Of a DNA stretch of 64,000 nt, positions 1-12,810 are shown in pieces. Under the pieces are notes generated by a model. The model did no database searches and was not told the DNA's origin. It saw only the letters and a program-made list of their open reading frames with translations. The position numbers and the translations under genes are program-made. Within the stretch, counting starts at the first letter, position 1. Every line of letters starts with the position of its first letter. The stretch covers positions 744,001-808,000 of the forward strand of contig JBHGNT010000020.1 in the NCBI GenBank assembly GCA_043228905.1, read 5' to 3'. The DNA comes from Azolla caroliniana (Eukaryota; Plantae; Polypodiophyta).

Positions 1-206
1 TTTGTTGTAACCACCAGTTGGCGAAGATACAAAGCTTGAGGTAGTTGCCTCTGAGTTCCCCATTGTACCCTTCCTCTCTCATAATGATAGTTGGAGTCTG
101 TGGGCTCCCGTGGTTTTTCCCGACTAGGGTTTTCCACGTAAATATTCGATGTCGTGTTTGTTGTCTGTGCAAGTGCATTGTTATTTTCTGTTTATCTCTT
201 CCATCA
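1..206 (+). mobile_element. 3' part of an LTR (Copia-like U5), apparently inserted into the LTR at 207-440
   Basis: Contains CCCGTGGTTTTTCCC...GGGTTTTCCACGTAAA, a motif common in plant Copia U5, and ends ...TCTTCCATCA at 206. The other end lies outside the window. Confidence 0.45.
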
Positions 207-1670
207 TGTGCTTGAGACTCGGTTGTGGCCGAGCACTATTTATATCATCTCTCTTGGGGAATGTGAAGATTCATTAGTCATGGGGAATATGGAACTCATT
301 AGTTATCTGTCATAGAATATGATTCTATGACATATAGTTAATGTGTAGAAATTAGTGGTGAGACTTTTGACCTTTGAGTGCTTATAGATTCTCAACGGGT
401 GTGTTCACACACAATGCGAACTTGAGCTTGATTCTCAACACGCCCCCTCAAGCTCAACTTGGGTCAGTTCCTTTTGGTTGATGTCCACTTCAGCTAGTAT
501 TCGGTTCTGACGATATCCGGTGTCCACTTCGGTTGGTACCCAGTTCAGACGGTTTCCGGTCCTCTCTTGTACTCCCCCTCAAGCTTGGAAAGTCATGGAT
601 AATCAATCCAAGGTTTGACATGAATTGCCGAAGCTTGTTAGCTCCTAGGGCTTTGGTGAAGATGTCGGCCATTTGAAGATTTGTGTTGATGTGTTGAAGG
701 TCGACATCTCCAGCCTGAACGCACTCTCGAATGAAGTGATAGTGCACTTCGATATGTTTCGTGCGTGTGTGGAACACCGGGTTCCGAGCCAGATGAATAT
801 TGCTCATGTTGTCATAGTAAAGGGGAATCAGATCCTTGATGGGAACGCCCAGATCCCTCAAACTCCTCTTGAGCCATACGGCTTCACATGAAGCCATCGC
901 TGCACCTCTGTATTCGGCCTCTGTGATTGAAAGTGCAATAGTCGACTACTTCTTTCTACTCGACGAAATCGCTCTGCTGCTGAGGGAGAAAACAAATCAG
1001 GAGGTCGATTGTCAATCGGCTCTGTAGCCGACCCAATCGGCATCTGTGTACCCTTTGCGTCGAATTGGTGTGGCCGATTCGTAGAGAATATCACAATCCA
1101 TTGTGTCGCTCATGTATCGTAATACTCACTTAGTGCAATCCAAGTGAATGTCTCGTGGTTTTTGCATGAATTGGCTGAGGAGATTGATCGGGTAGCTAAG
1201 GTCGGGTGGAGTGATTGTGAGATAGATGAGGCTCCCGATTAGTTGTCGATACTGAGTCGGCTTGCACTCTTCTGTGTTGGAGTCGACATCAAGTTTGCGA
1301 TTTCGATCGAGAGGGGTTGCCACATGTTTACACTCAGTCATCCTGAACTTGTATCACAAGTTAAGGATGTAGTGTTGTTGAGAGATCATAATGCTAACTG
1401 CAGTCTGAATTACCTCGATGCCAAGGAAGTAATGGAGCTCCTTCATGTTCGTCATCTTGAATTTTCTAGAGAGGAGGGACTTGACCTTGTTGATGTCGAC
1501 TAGACTTTCACCTCCAATGACCAGATCCTCCACATATACGATGATGACAATCAAACTTCCTGAATCGCTTCTTGTGTAGAGGGAGTTGTCAGATTTCGAC
1601 ATTTAGAAGCCGATTTGATGAAGATATTGTGTTATCTTCGAATGACAAGCACGTGGTGCTTGCTTAAGGT
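207..1670 (-). mobile_element. Ty1/Copia remnant: degenerate RT-RNase H, PPT and interrupted 3' LTR
   Basis: Minus-strand ORF pieces carry LKQAPRA, IVYVEDLVIG, YRQLIGSLIYLTIT, RTKHIEVHYHFIRE and QMADIFTKAL. The PPT GAGGGGGCG (441-449) is followed by the TGTTG LTR start at 440, and there is a TATAAATA near 236-244. Confidence 0.9.
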
Positions 1671-2796
1671 GCCTCAGTTAAATTCCTAATATCTCTTGGA
1701 TATGAAAATATTTTAAGATATGAAATTGTTGTGGAAATTAGGCATAATTTTCATGACATGGAATCAAGACTAAGATGATGATCTCAATTACATTTAGTAA
1801 ACATTTTGGTGATCCAACTTCCATGCTAGAATAGAACACATTGGTAGCATATTAGTCCTATTCTCAAAAGATCATTGAAGTTGTTCATCAACTTTTTCTT
1901 TGAAGAGTGTGTCATGTAGATTAATTGTTATGTATGATGCCCATGAGCTTTAGATTATGGGTTCAAAGGTTAAGCAGACTTCAATGAGATCCCTCTCCAT
2001 GAAGAGATAAAAAGACTTTGGTAAGATATTTGTCACCCTTCTAGCATCAACATGACATTGATTTCTCATTTACCATTTCAATATCCATCAAAAGGGTGAT
2101 GAACTTGATGCAATAAAGGAGTTTCACATTGACAATCAAGAATGCAATATTGAGAAATTACGAGTGTCAAACTATATATCATGGGTTCTAAACAATGAGC
2201 CTCTTATTGTCCTAGCACATGGTTGTTATTTACTGGAATATCTAGAAAATGCTTTCAAAGGGCATCTAGATAACACCCCTCTTGACATAGATTGGACCTT
2301 GTACATATCCATGACATGGGATTTGTCCCCTATGACCAAGGATTTGTTCTGTCCCAAGGGCTAGGCTAGCTTATATTGTTTAGGTTTTATTTGAAGGAGT
2401 TAGACAATTTATTTGGTTTTATCTTGTCTTATTTCTTTGCAATTTTATTATTTTGAATGCACTATGTTCACTATGAGAACTCTAGGAATTGGTCTACCAT
2501 TGGCCAAGATAATGAAATTTGTCACCTTCCAATAATAATGCCTTTCATGGGAACTAGTAGACCATATATACCACATTTGTTTATGTAAGTTAGGCTCATT
2601 CTAAGGAAATTCATCAAAGTAATTGACTTTGCTAAACACACTAAGAAAAGGAAATGTTTAGAAATGGTCTTCATCATGCCTAGATGTTGGTTGACAACCC
2701 ATTATGATGTGGATTGGAAACATACTTGATATGATGAAATAAAATTATTTCGAGTGATTTCTCTTGACTATATTTGTTAGCGTTTACGTCTAACGT

Positions 2797-3690
2797 TGTC
2801 GTGCCTTTCGGCTCCGGATCGTTGCGTGAGTCGGGTGGGAACCGCTGGGTTTTTGGACTAGGAGGAAAGAAAATTCTAAGGCAATTAAGAATATGAAATA
2901 AATTGTAAGAAAGAAAGAAATGAAAATCTCGTGAATCCCATGAGTATAGTGTATTAGTGAGTACTCAAATTAAGGGAGGAAAATAGTTAGCAAACTCGTG
3001 AATCCCACGATTATATTATATTAATCAACCCTTGTAAAATAATCAACAACCTCTATACATCTTTCTCTCTTCCTTATATAGTGTTGGAAGAGTCTAAGTT
3101 TATCACATGCAAGCATCATGCTTTTCCTATCTTTAGTTTTCATGCACACTGCATGTGCATGATTAGCTTTCTATCTCATCTTTTTTTTCTAACTCGAGTG
3201 TCTATGCATGAATAACTTTTTGTACCATGCATGTCTAGAAATTTTACATGGGATAAAGTTTAGTATAACTTTAAAATTCATAATACGTTAGTATAATGAT
3301 AAGGCTTAACATTATTAACATGGAGGTGCAAGGTTCGAATCTTGGCCTATGCATGTAATATATAATTTTATACTTTCTTCTATTTACAAATATGTCTCTT
3401 CATCTGGTGAGAGACTCTCACCGGCCTTCTTCATCCGGCTCTTGCCAGTTCTGCTTCATCCGGTTCTCGTCGGTTTTCTTTATCCGGTTCTTACCGGATC
3501 CTTCTTACCGGTCCTCTTCGTCCGTTTCTCATTGACTCTCACCGGCCTTCTTCATCCGGCTCTTGCCGGTCTCCTTACCGGTTTCGGTCCTCACCGGTTC
3601 TTCCTTCCGGTTCTCACTGGGTACTCCATATCCTATCCGGAGAAACCAAAAATGTAATTTTTCACGTAGTGTGTGAATTACACTACGACA
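2797..3690 (-). mobile_element. Nested solo LTR related to the tRNA-Trp-primed Gypsy LTRs
   Basis: TGTCGTG...TACGACA termini and 4-bp TSD ACGT (2793-2796, 3691-3694). Shares the GGAACCGCYGGG..TGGAC motif, the tRNA-like module and the CCGG-rich tract with LTR 35658-36629. Confidence 0.88.
3289..3345 (+). promoter_or_regulatory. tRNA-like Pol III A/B-box module in LTR U3
   Basis: A-box-like TAGTATAATGA (3289-3299) and B-box GGTTCGAATCT (3332-3342). Confidence 0.6.
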
Positions 3691-6600
3691 ACGTAAGCAT
3701 ATGATAAGGATAAAATATAGATAAACATAAGAAAGGAGAGCAAGAAAGAAGGGTGCCGATCCACCCGACCACCCTCGAGCGAAGGGATCGAGACGGACTC
3801 TCGATCGGCGTCCCATACCACCGCCGTGACGTCAAGTCGTACCTGGTGTTGGCGCGCTCGCTACAAGAGTTGACCCACCACAACGTCAGAGTCTCGACGT
3901 AGTCAAAAGATGATCAAATGAGGGTGGCTAGGCCTCATATTTATAGCGATACCCAAGGCCCCCAGGCAAGTTCACACTTGGCTTAACGGGTTGTCTCAAT
4001 CCCAAAGATTAAAAGTAATCATCCCCTTCTTTACACTCTCATTTAACCCTCACACTTATCCACGTCTATAGAATACTACGATAATTCTCACCACGGGATA
4101 TTATATGGTCATGCCCGTAACAATATTTGTTGAAACTTCCCTTGTTTCCATTTTATTTAAGTGAGCTATGAAAAATGGTTGCACAACTAAGGCAATTTCA
4201 CTATGGCGACCTGTAAATGCATGAATCCCTTTATTTCCATATGAAATTATCAATTAGGTTTACCAACTTTCACTACTTGATCTCCTGTTAAGTCTTATCA
4301 CGAGTCACGTCTCCTAGTATTCATTTTGTAAAGGATGGAGCCGATGTCCATCAAGAACCTTTTGTGATTTCAATTTTCCTCTTATTGGAAATCCAAGGAC
4401 ATTGAGCATCTTTTCTTCTCTTTTGCTCAATGAAACCAAGATTTTCTTATTATATGCACTTTGATAAGATTACATATTTATATGCAAAGAGTGTCTTTTG
4501 TGTTTCATGGTAAAACAATTAGTGCATTTCCATCACTTTCTTACATAATAGGATGATTGTTATACTAGTAGTTAATATAGTTATAGACAATATAAAAATA
4601 CAATTTGAATGGGTATTATAATCGAAACTTGAAAGTATAACTAATAACACAAGGCTTTTAACCATATTTGCTCAATTTTTAATTTGTGAATGTAAAATTC
4701 TTTGTTTTATGCTTTTGAATTGGATGATTTATCGTGTAACGTAGTCTATACAACCAATAACATATATAATGAATGAGTTTTGTTAACAGAGTAACTACAT
4801 GAATACATTGATCTATATACTTTATCATGTATTCGTGATTCATGTGGAAAATTTTGAGAAAAGACAATAAACTTGCGATGAGACAGAGAGCACATGAGGT
4901 ATTGTTCAGTTTACATCTTGGATGGTGGAGTATCAATGTGATTAAAAGTTAAGAGTTTTGACTCATTCATGAAGGGAATATAAATTTGCGTCAAACACAT
5001 GAAATTAGTTGAGAGGAATGTGTGTAAATATTGTGTGCGAAAAAAGTGTTTGACAATGTAAGCTAAAGAAAGTACAAAAGTAAGTAGTAAACATGGGCCC
5101 ACGCGACAAAGACAAGAGTTGCTTGTGGAAATATTTGCAACAATGAAACATGCTTCCAGCAAAATACTCGGCTGTTTAAGCAAGGTACATGTTACATCAC
5201 AATTTTTTAAGTTCAAGAGGGCCCATCATGAGTTTATTCATATGATACAGAGAACTATCCACTGGCAAAAATGGAAGTGGATGCTACATTGTACCTTTAT
5301 CGATGGTTTTTATAAGGATATCTGTCATGTGCATACAATTATGGAAAGTCATGCTTTTTATAACTTGCTTAACAAGTAAAACAACAATGCGTAAGGACAA
5401 GTTGTCCTTTCATATCCTAGGGCATGAGGCTTAGTGCCATAAAAAAACTACGAATTTTATGAAGGTTGCAACAAGCGTGTAGGTTTCTCACAGATATTTG
5501 ATGATTGCGGAACTAAAGCAAATCATACGACATTAGTTCAAAACCATTCCACAACCAAGATGATAATAAAAAAGTCAAAGGACACAATTTATTAGCATTG
5601 CAAAATCTAAGTAAGAGGTAATGTAATGCTTTGAGAATCCTAATTTGTAAAATTATGTACCGATTGAAAACCAGAAGCAATTTATTGTACTAATTTTCCG
5701 TTGTTCTTTTATTATTTAAAAATGTATTCGACTAGCAAAAATTTGCCAATGATGTTGTGCTTCAATCATTCAAAAACGCGGATTCCCAATAGTTGGTCAA
5801 GGAGGTGGAAAGCCTCATGATCGCTCGAATATATTTCAACCCTCAAATATATTGATATATTTGTTGCTTGTTCCTTTTGATATCGCTCCAAAGGATGCTT
5901 GTATCAATACGTTCAATGATACCTTAATTTCAAATTGTAAAATGCATGAAGTGGCAACCACCTATTAGACTTAAGTGTGTATTGATTAGGATATGAAATC
6001 TATTGATTCTGTTTTGTTTGCATCTTTAGTCGGTCCAAAGGCTAGGCAAGTAATCGCTACATTCCTAACTCGAATTTTTGTTCCGTAATTTGGTTTATGC
6101 CATCGGTTTCTTTTTCTTTTGACATCCTATATTTTATCCCACTATTGGTAACAATTCAACTCTACCCAATCCTAAATGGATGATGGTAGTAAAGTTTCAC
6201 AAATATAGACTCATATTCATGTCTAAGGTAACCTACGCAATTTGTTCCATACACAACGCAATTCAAAAGCCAGCCCCTTGGATGTTCATTCAAACTCCAT
6301 TCGTTTTTTTGGGCCAAGATTCGGCTATATAAGGCGATGTATGCCAAATCGGGTTTGAGTCGATACTTTGTCGTGAACCACAAACATACAAACAAGCCTT
6401 TCAAACAATGCAAGGAAAACACGAATCATACCCTATACATGAAAGGGACAAGCACCAAAATACTCTTCTTATATTCGGTCATTCGGAGGTTCCTATAACC
6501 ATAATAACGGCCACGAGTCATGACCGAGTCTTCGTGTTCACACTGTCAACGAGTTCCTCGGCAGATTCGTCGTCTCAAAGGAACAAGTTGGCAGACATCG

Positions 6601-6949
6601 CGTACCTTGTACCTTATCTGCGTGTTTACAGGAATAGCCCCAAGTTTAAAAAACAAAAAGTATTGGAATGCCCCCTTCCCCTCTATGGGAGTGAATCTTT
6701 AGTGGGCAAATATGCACAAAAGAAGGTAGAACTACATAGGGGTACTCTTGTAATTGTTCCAAAATTTGGGGGGTATTCTTGTAGATACCCCAAAATTACT
6801 CAGAAATTTCATTTCTCACTAGATTGCTTTTCCTGCAAGACTTGGATGAATCAGAGAATTTCAATCTCTTCCTGTAAGATGGATTTCTTATTCACCCATC
6901 ATCCCTCAATCACCACCATCCTCATCATTGTAGCTGATCTCTGACACGG

Positions 6950-7170
6950 GTGTATATATATACATACATTTATGTATATATGGTCAAAAATCACCACTGT
7001 AATGGATTCAAAAGAAAGACTGGATAAAATTTTGTGAGCTGATGATGTGCGTGCAGCAGGCATGGCATGTATGTATGTATATGTAGAATGTAGATATGTT
7101 GTATGTGTATGTGCATGTGGATATGCACATGCACATGCACATGTAAGTGTATGTATATGTGTATGGCATG
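6950..7170. repeat. AT/GT-rich microsatellite (TA, TATG, ATGCAC units) upstream of the PPR gene
   Basis: Direct reading of the simple repeats. Confidence 0.8.
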
Positions 7171-7210
7171 TGGGTCTTGAGAGAGAAGATCATTTCCTTC
7201 AATCAACAAC

Positions 7211-9949
7211 ATGTCATGTAGAGTCCAGAATGTCATATCTGGGGAGGGGAGCCTTTCTTCTGCTCTGCATCTTTATACTGACGCATGCGGAAAAGGTTTG
7301 GAATGCTATCAGCCCTTTTGTGACCACTTTGTCTCACTGTTTGCTAATGAAGGAAGCTACATTTCCTATACACAACAAGTGTTTGATAAGATGTTGATGT
7401 GGAATGAAGGGTCGTGGAATTCACTCATCACAAGATATGCTAAAGCAGGGAATTCAAAGATGGCTTTACTTGTATATCGCAAAATGAGAGAAAGCTGTTT
7501 ATGTCCGAGTGACTTCACTTTTGTGCTTTTGCTTCAAGTTTGCAAACCATTGAAGGATATACAAACTGTTGTCAAGATTCACACTGATATTATTGCAAAT
7601 GGTGGTCATGAGTTGTTAGCGAAGAACTGTTTTCTAGCAAGCACGCTATTGGACATATATGCAAAATGTGGTTCACTTTCCAAAGCACAAGAAGTGTTTG
7701 ATCAGATTCCGAGACGTGATGTCACTCCATGGAATGCACTGATAGGAGGTTATAACAAACATAGACTTGGCTATGAAGCTTTGAACTATTTTGGAAGGAT
7801 GAAGCTTGAATGTATTTCACCGAATCTTGTCACTTTGCTTTGCATCTTGCAAGCATGTTGTAGCATAGGATCTATAGATAAAGGACACAGAGTTCATGTT
7901 GAAATTGTCGAGAAGTGTATGGAAGATGAACTTCTCATTGGATCCACTTTGGTGGATATGTATGCAAAGTGTAGTTTTCTCAAAGAGGCACAACGTATCT
8001 TCAATAAGATGCCGATCCGGAGCACAATTTCATGGAACACATTGATTTCTGGATATTCTAAACAAGGTCCGTGTGAAGAGGCTTTCAAATGCTTTTATCA
8101 AATGCAACTTGAGTGTATTTTACCCGACGTTGTCACATACATTTACACCTTGAATGCATGTGCTAGCATCGGCCATGGTTCCATGGGTCAATTCTTACAT
8201 GCTGCGATAGTGAGCAATGGGTTTCTTGAAAGAGATGCATTAGGGAATGCTTTGATCGATATGTATGTCAAATGTGGTTTGTTTGAACGAGCAAATAATG
8301 TTTTTGATGACCTCCCGGTTCATGATACAATCTCATGGAATGCTTTTCTTGCAGGTTATATAAACCAGGGTTTCAGCTGTGAAGAAATACCATACTTTCT
8401 TGATTTGATGCGATGGGAAGGCGTATGCCCAGATACTCTTACCTACGTGTATGGCTTGAAAGCTTGTGTTCATCTCGGAACCACCCAGACAGGGAGAGCT
8501 TTACATACAGAGGTTGTTACAAAGGGAATAGAGGAAGACCAACATGTTGGTAATGCATTGATTGATATGTATGCCAAATGTAGCTTACTTTGTGAAGCTC
8601 GAGATATATTTGAAAGGCTTCCAGACCATAACATAGTCTCATGGACTGCATTAATTGGTGGATACACAGAACTAGGATGTGGTGAAGAAGCACTAAAGCT
8701 CTTTGATGAAATGCAACTAGAAGGTATCTATCCGAATAATGTCACATTTATATGTGGCTTGAAAGCTTGTGGTGACTTGGGAGCTGCATGCAAAGGCCAA
8801 GAAATACATGCTGAGGTTTCTAGAAAAGGGTTATTGGAAAAGGATGTTGTTGTTATTAGCATTTTGGTTGATATGTATGCTAGGTGTGGTATGCTTGCAA
8901 AAGCCGAGGAAACAATGTACATACTTAAGATTCAGGATGTTATTGCATGGAATGCAATAATATCAGGATGTATCCAACTAGGATATCATGAAAAAGCATT
9001 GCTATATTTGAAGAAAATGCAACTCAAAGGTGTATCTCCAGATTCCACCACCTATGTTTGCTGCTTGAAAGCTGCTTATCTTACAAATGATACAAACAAA
9101 GGGCTAGAAATACATGCTGAAATCTCCAGAAATGGCCTATTTGAGAGAGATTCACTTGTTTGCAATGCATTGATTATCATGTATGCTGAATTTGGATTCC
9201 TTCCAAAAGCTCAAGAAGTGTTTGATAAACTAATTAGAGATAGAGACATGGTTTCATGGACTTCAATCATTTGTGTGTATGCTAAGCATGGATATGGTGA
9301 AGAAGCGCTAAACCGCCTCAAGCAAATGCAGTTGGAAGGCTTTTCTCCTAATGTTGCTACATTCCTTTCTAGTTTGAAAGCTTGTTGCACCATAGGAGCT
9401 TCACTTGAGGGGTTTCAAATGCATTCACAAATTATGAAATTAGGGTTTGAAAAAGATCTTCAAATTGGTAGCATGTTGGTTACTATGTATGTCACATGTG
9501 GCATGAATCTTTTTGAAGCACAGAACGTATTTGACAATCTCGAGTCACGAGACCTAGTTTCATGGAATGCTTTGATTGCAAGTTATGTACAAGCAGGAGA
9601 CAAGGAATGTGTATTCGGTATACTTGATAGAATGAAGGATGATGGAAGAAATCCTGATTCGGTTACATTGGTTAGTATTTTGAATGCATGCAGTCAAGGA
9701 GGATTAGTAGAAAAAGGAAAAATATATTATGATTCCATGCGTAAAGACTATGCAATGGATCCATCATTTCGACACCAAGGTTGCATGATTGATCTCTTTG
9801 GCCGTGCTGGGCAGCTAGAGAAAGCAGTAGGGATGTATTTAGAGCCAAATCTTGTGTTCTCAAATACTCTCTTGAGTGCTTGCCGAACTTGGGGTAATTT
9901 AAATCTTGGAAAACATGTATTCGCATATGCAACACACTTCAATCAATAG
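7211..9949 (+). CDS. PLS-class pentatricopeptide repeat protein (912 aa), ending in a partial E domain
   Basis: Intronless ORF with repeated P-L-S motifs (LVDMYAKCG..A..VFD, VSWNALI.GY, PD.VTY...L.AC). It ends HQGCMIDLFGRAGQL...LLSACRTWGNLNLGKHVF. No DYW domain. The true start codon is uncertain. Confidence 0.92.
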   Translation: MSCRVQNVISGEGSLSSALHLYTDACGKGLECYQPFCDHFVSLFANEGSYISYTQQVFDKMLMWNEGSWNSLITRYAKAGNSKMALLVYRKMRESCLCPSDFTFVLLLQVCKPLKDIQTVVKIHTDIIANGGHELLAKNCFLASTLLDIYAKCGSLSKAQEVFDQIPRRDVTPWNALIGGYNKHRLGYEALNYFGRMKLECISPNLVTLLCILQACCSIGSIDKGHRVHVEIVEKCMEDELLIGSTLVDMYAKCSFLKEAQRIFNKMPIRSTISWNTLISGYSKQGPCEEAFKCFYQMQLECILPDVVTYIYTLNACASIGHGSMGQFLHAAIVSNGFLERDALGNALIDMYVKCGLFERANNVFDDLPVHDTISWNAFLAGYINQGFSCEEIPYFLDLMRWEGVCPDTLTYVYGLKACVHLGTTQTGRALHTEVVTKGIEEDQHVGNALIDMYAKCSLLCEARDIFERLPDHNIVSWTALIGGYTELGCGEEALKLFDEMQLEGIYPNNVTFICGLKACGDLGAACKGQEIHAEVSRKGLLEKDVVVISILVDMYARCGMLAKAEETMYILKIQDVIAWNAIISGCIQLGYHEKALLYLKKMQLKGVSPDSTTYVCCLKAAYLTNDTNKGLEIHAEISRNGLFERDSLVCNALIIMYAEFGFLPKAQEVFDKLIRDRDMVSWTSIICVYAKHGYGEEALNRLKQMQLEGFSPNVATFLSSLKACCTIGASLEGFQMHSQIMKLGFEKDLQIGSMLVTMYVTCGMNLFEAQNVFDNLESRDLVSWNALIASYVQAGDKECVFGILDRMKDDGRNPDSVTLVSILNACSQGGLVEKGKIYYDSMRKDYAMDPSFRHQGCMIDLFGRAGQLEKAVGMYLEPNLVFSNTLLSACRTWGNLNLGKHVFAYATHFNQ

Positions 9950-10156
9950 AATGGTGATTGTAACAAGGGATGTACATCATCAATCCTCCTGAAGGTAATG
10001 TAAATCTTGCAAAATGTGCCTTTCATATGGAACATTGGAATTAAAGAAAGTCCAATAGAAATTGGATGGTTTAATTTATCTTCCAATGGACAATTCTATC
10101 ACTGATTTTCCAATGGACTATTCTAGCATTGCAAGGAAAGGATATGCATTTACGGC

Positions 10157-10520
10157 ATGACAAGACAACAAGAAATGGAGATGTATTTGATTACTGGTGG
10201 TGTTCTATTAAAGAGACAATCCCCTCCCATAACACTATTCATACAGGTTGACGACCTCTTGTGCGATGCCAATATGATACCAATATTGACATGGACCAAG
10301 CGGTTCTCAATCATTGTTGATGTTGGTTTGTCATTCCAATATCTGCACAATTATTGCAATAAGGTGATCATACATCGTTGTAGCCTTCAGACGTTTTTAA
10401 TACTATTGAAGAAAATCTTTCAAGGAAAAAAAGAAGTGATCATACATCGGAATGTAAAGTTCAACAACAGGCTTGATGCAAGGTATGTGTCGATGAATTA
10501 GCTCAAGGACATTGATTATG
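10157..10520 (+). pseudogene. Receptor-like kinase fragment (subdomains V-VIb)
   Basis: ILTWTKRFSIIVDVGLSFQYLHNYCNKVIIHR and IIHRNVKFNN.LD resemble RLK LxWxxRxxI...YLH...IIHRDxK. The catalytic Asp is lost and the rest of the kinase is missing. Confidence 0.65.
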
Positions 10521-12810
10521 GGCGATTACTTTAATTAGTCCATGTTTCCCTACAATGTTCAACATTATGAGCTTTCGTATGCACAGCTAGCCAACATACC
10601 CAGTTAAAATCTATGATGAAGCGAGGAACACAAGGGATTTTTGACAACTCAGACTGGTTACCTGCTCACTCACAAAAGTAAATGCTAAACACAAATTTTT
10701 CCTTGTGTGATTTCCGCAATAGTGGTTGATTACCTAGGACCTAACATTATAACTTTTGTATGCATCCTGATAGATGCAGAGGGGTGCACGGAGAGGCGTC
10801 ACCAACACGATGCCTAGCTAGTTGGCCTGCAAATGCTGGCTATAATGCTGATAATTGCAAGTTAGCATAAGGAAATTGGGCTCGTTCCCAAACTATGGAA
10901 AATGGTCGACAATGTCCTTTGAAGCTTGTTTCAATGTGAGGTCGTGGTAATTCATAATGTTATCAATAGCCTCAGCATGCAGCAGGTCATGTATATATAT
11001 ATATATACACACTCATTGATTGAGATTCTAATCCTAATTGCTATACCCCATTGAAAATCTCAAAATCCCTAACAAAGCTCAGTGTAAGTCCTAAATGTTG
11101 CCGAAGGTCCTAGATATTGTACTAATATAGATTTTGTACTGGAAATTTCTTAGAAGTTTTAATTGTTTTTGAATGATACCTTGACCAAATATTAGGTGCT
11201 AAATGTCATGATAATGGTTGTTAGAAACCCATTACAAATATTGTCATAAAGATACATTTAAAACAGTGGGAGAATATTTGGCATCTTTAAAGCCAATCCT
11301 GCAATCTCACATGCCATTTTCTTGTCAAAGTTATGGAATCAATGGTTTATAGCCTCTACATTTATTGGAAACCATTGATCATTGCTTGTGAAAATAACGT
11401 CAGGTGTACTAAACTATCTAGTAGATAGATGTGACATTTTTTTAAACCCCCCTTAATGTTCTCTTGGGAATGGAAGTGCATCATCGCGACGAAAACACAA
11501 AAGGTATGAAATCACATGTAATTAGCAAAAATCATGATTAGTGCTTTGGCGTGACATACTTGTAGTTTTCCAAATCTCCCTTGTTTCATTTCTTTAGAGA
11601 GAAAATTGCATATTGTGAGGCATTTGCATTCATGTTGGTGAATGAAGTTTTAGATATCATTTATTCCCCAAATAGTAGGCCAAGTTTCCGAGCTTTGTGC
11701 TACCTACTAGTTGGTGACCTTTTGAAGATTTTCTACATTTCCTAGTGGTTGGTGAAAATTTTGAGTGTTAATGCATGGCTTAGTCATTAATTGTCACCTA
11801 TAACTTTTATTTTATGAATTTTACGAAATGCTACTTAGGTCTAATGCACAAGATTCTTCTTCCAAATTCATTCTGTGAAGATTAAAACCAACTAAGCTTA
11901 TGCTGAAGTATAAACCATGCATGCAATGCCAAAGCCTTAAAGGCTCTTTTCCAATTTTATTTGACGATGAAGAGGATCATATGGCAACTACAATGAAGAT
12001 CTAATTTTTTGTTTGTGAGAATTTGTGGCCCTGTCTTTACACAAATTTAGTATGTGACCAAGCTTTTAAGAGTGTACCCTCAAGTCCATTCCATTTCCCC
12101 GAGCAATATTCAAGTCATCAGCTTTGCTTCTCTAGCATGAAATTGCAATAAGCACAAAGATCCAACATGACTCAAAATTGTGATGCTCTTACAAATTTTG
12201 AAGCGTGTACATATAACTAAGAAAAAATACAAGAAACAAATAGCACAATACTGCAAGAAATAAGCCCTTGTTATAGAATCCTCAATGCTATATATTTACA
12301 ACACCCACTTTATTTTCAAAAAACAAATCAATGAGGGAGAGCTGGCATATCCAACCATTAAGGATAATTGGTTAATATGAAGGGTTAAGTTTGAGCAAGA
12401 AATCTACATATCCTCTTCTTGAGGATAGCTCAAATCTCCCTTGCTTCTTGATCTTTTAAATTTATTTGATTTGTACATGTATGAGCATATACTCTACATT
12501 GTAAGATAATGATAGGTTTCCACGGTTTGAAGCTTGAAAGAATTATTGCCACCCAAATGTGCTAGAGGAAACAAGAGTGTATCTGCTCCATCTTAGACTT
12601 GGGGCAACAATGGCTATAGCACCGCCATATTTAGCTTTCTAAAAAAATGAATGCACGGAGAAAATGCAATGAATCTTAAAATTGAATTTTTAGGGTTCAT
12701 GGTCTAGTATTTTATGGTTTTGGGGATTAGGGTTTAACACTCTGGGTTTAGGGTTTTAGTGTGCATAGAGTGCATACGGTGTAGGCTGTAGAGGTATAGG
12801 GTGTTAAGGT

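Larger units (their letters stand above)
2775..4122 (-). mobile_element. Solo LTR of the chromovirus family seen at 53574-54028, interrupted by another solo LTR
   Basis: TG...CA ends with a perfect 5-bp TSD ATATT (2770-2774, 4123-4127). 3691-4122 is a close reverse-complement homologue of the LTR at 53574. Confidence 0.9.

Noticed and set aside
4130-6950. Possible DNA-transposon remnants and short ORFs, including 6408-6944
   Set aside because: No recognisable domain, TIR or TSD.
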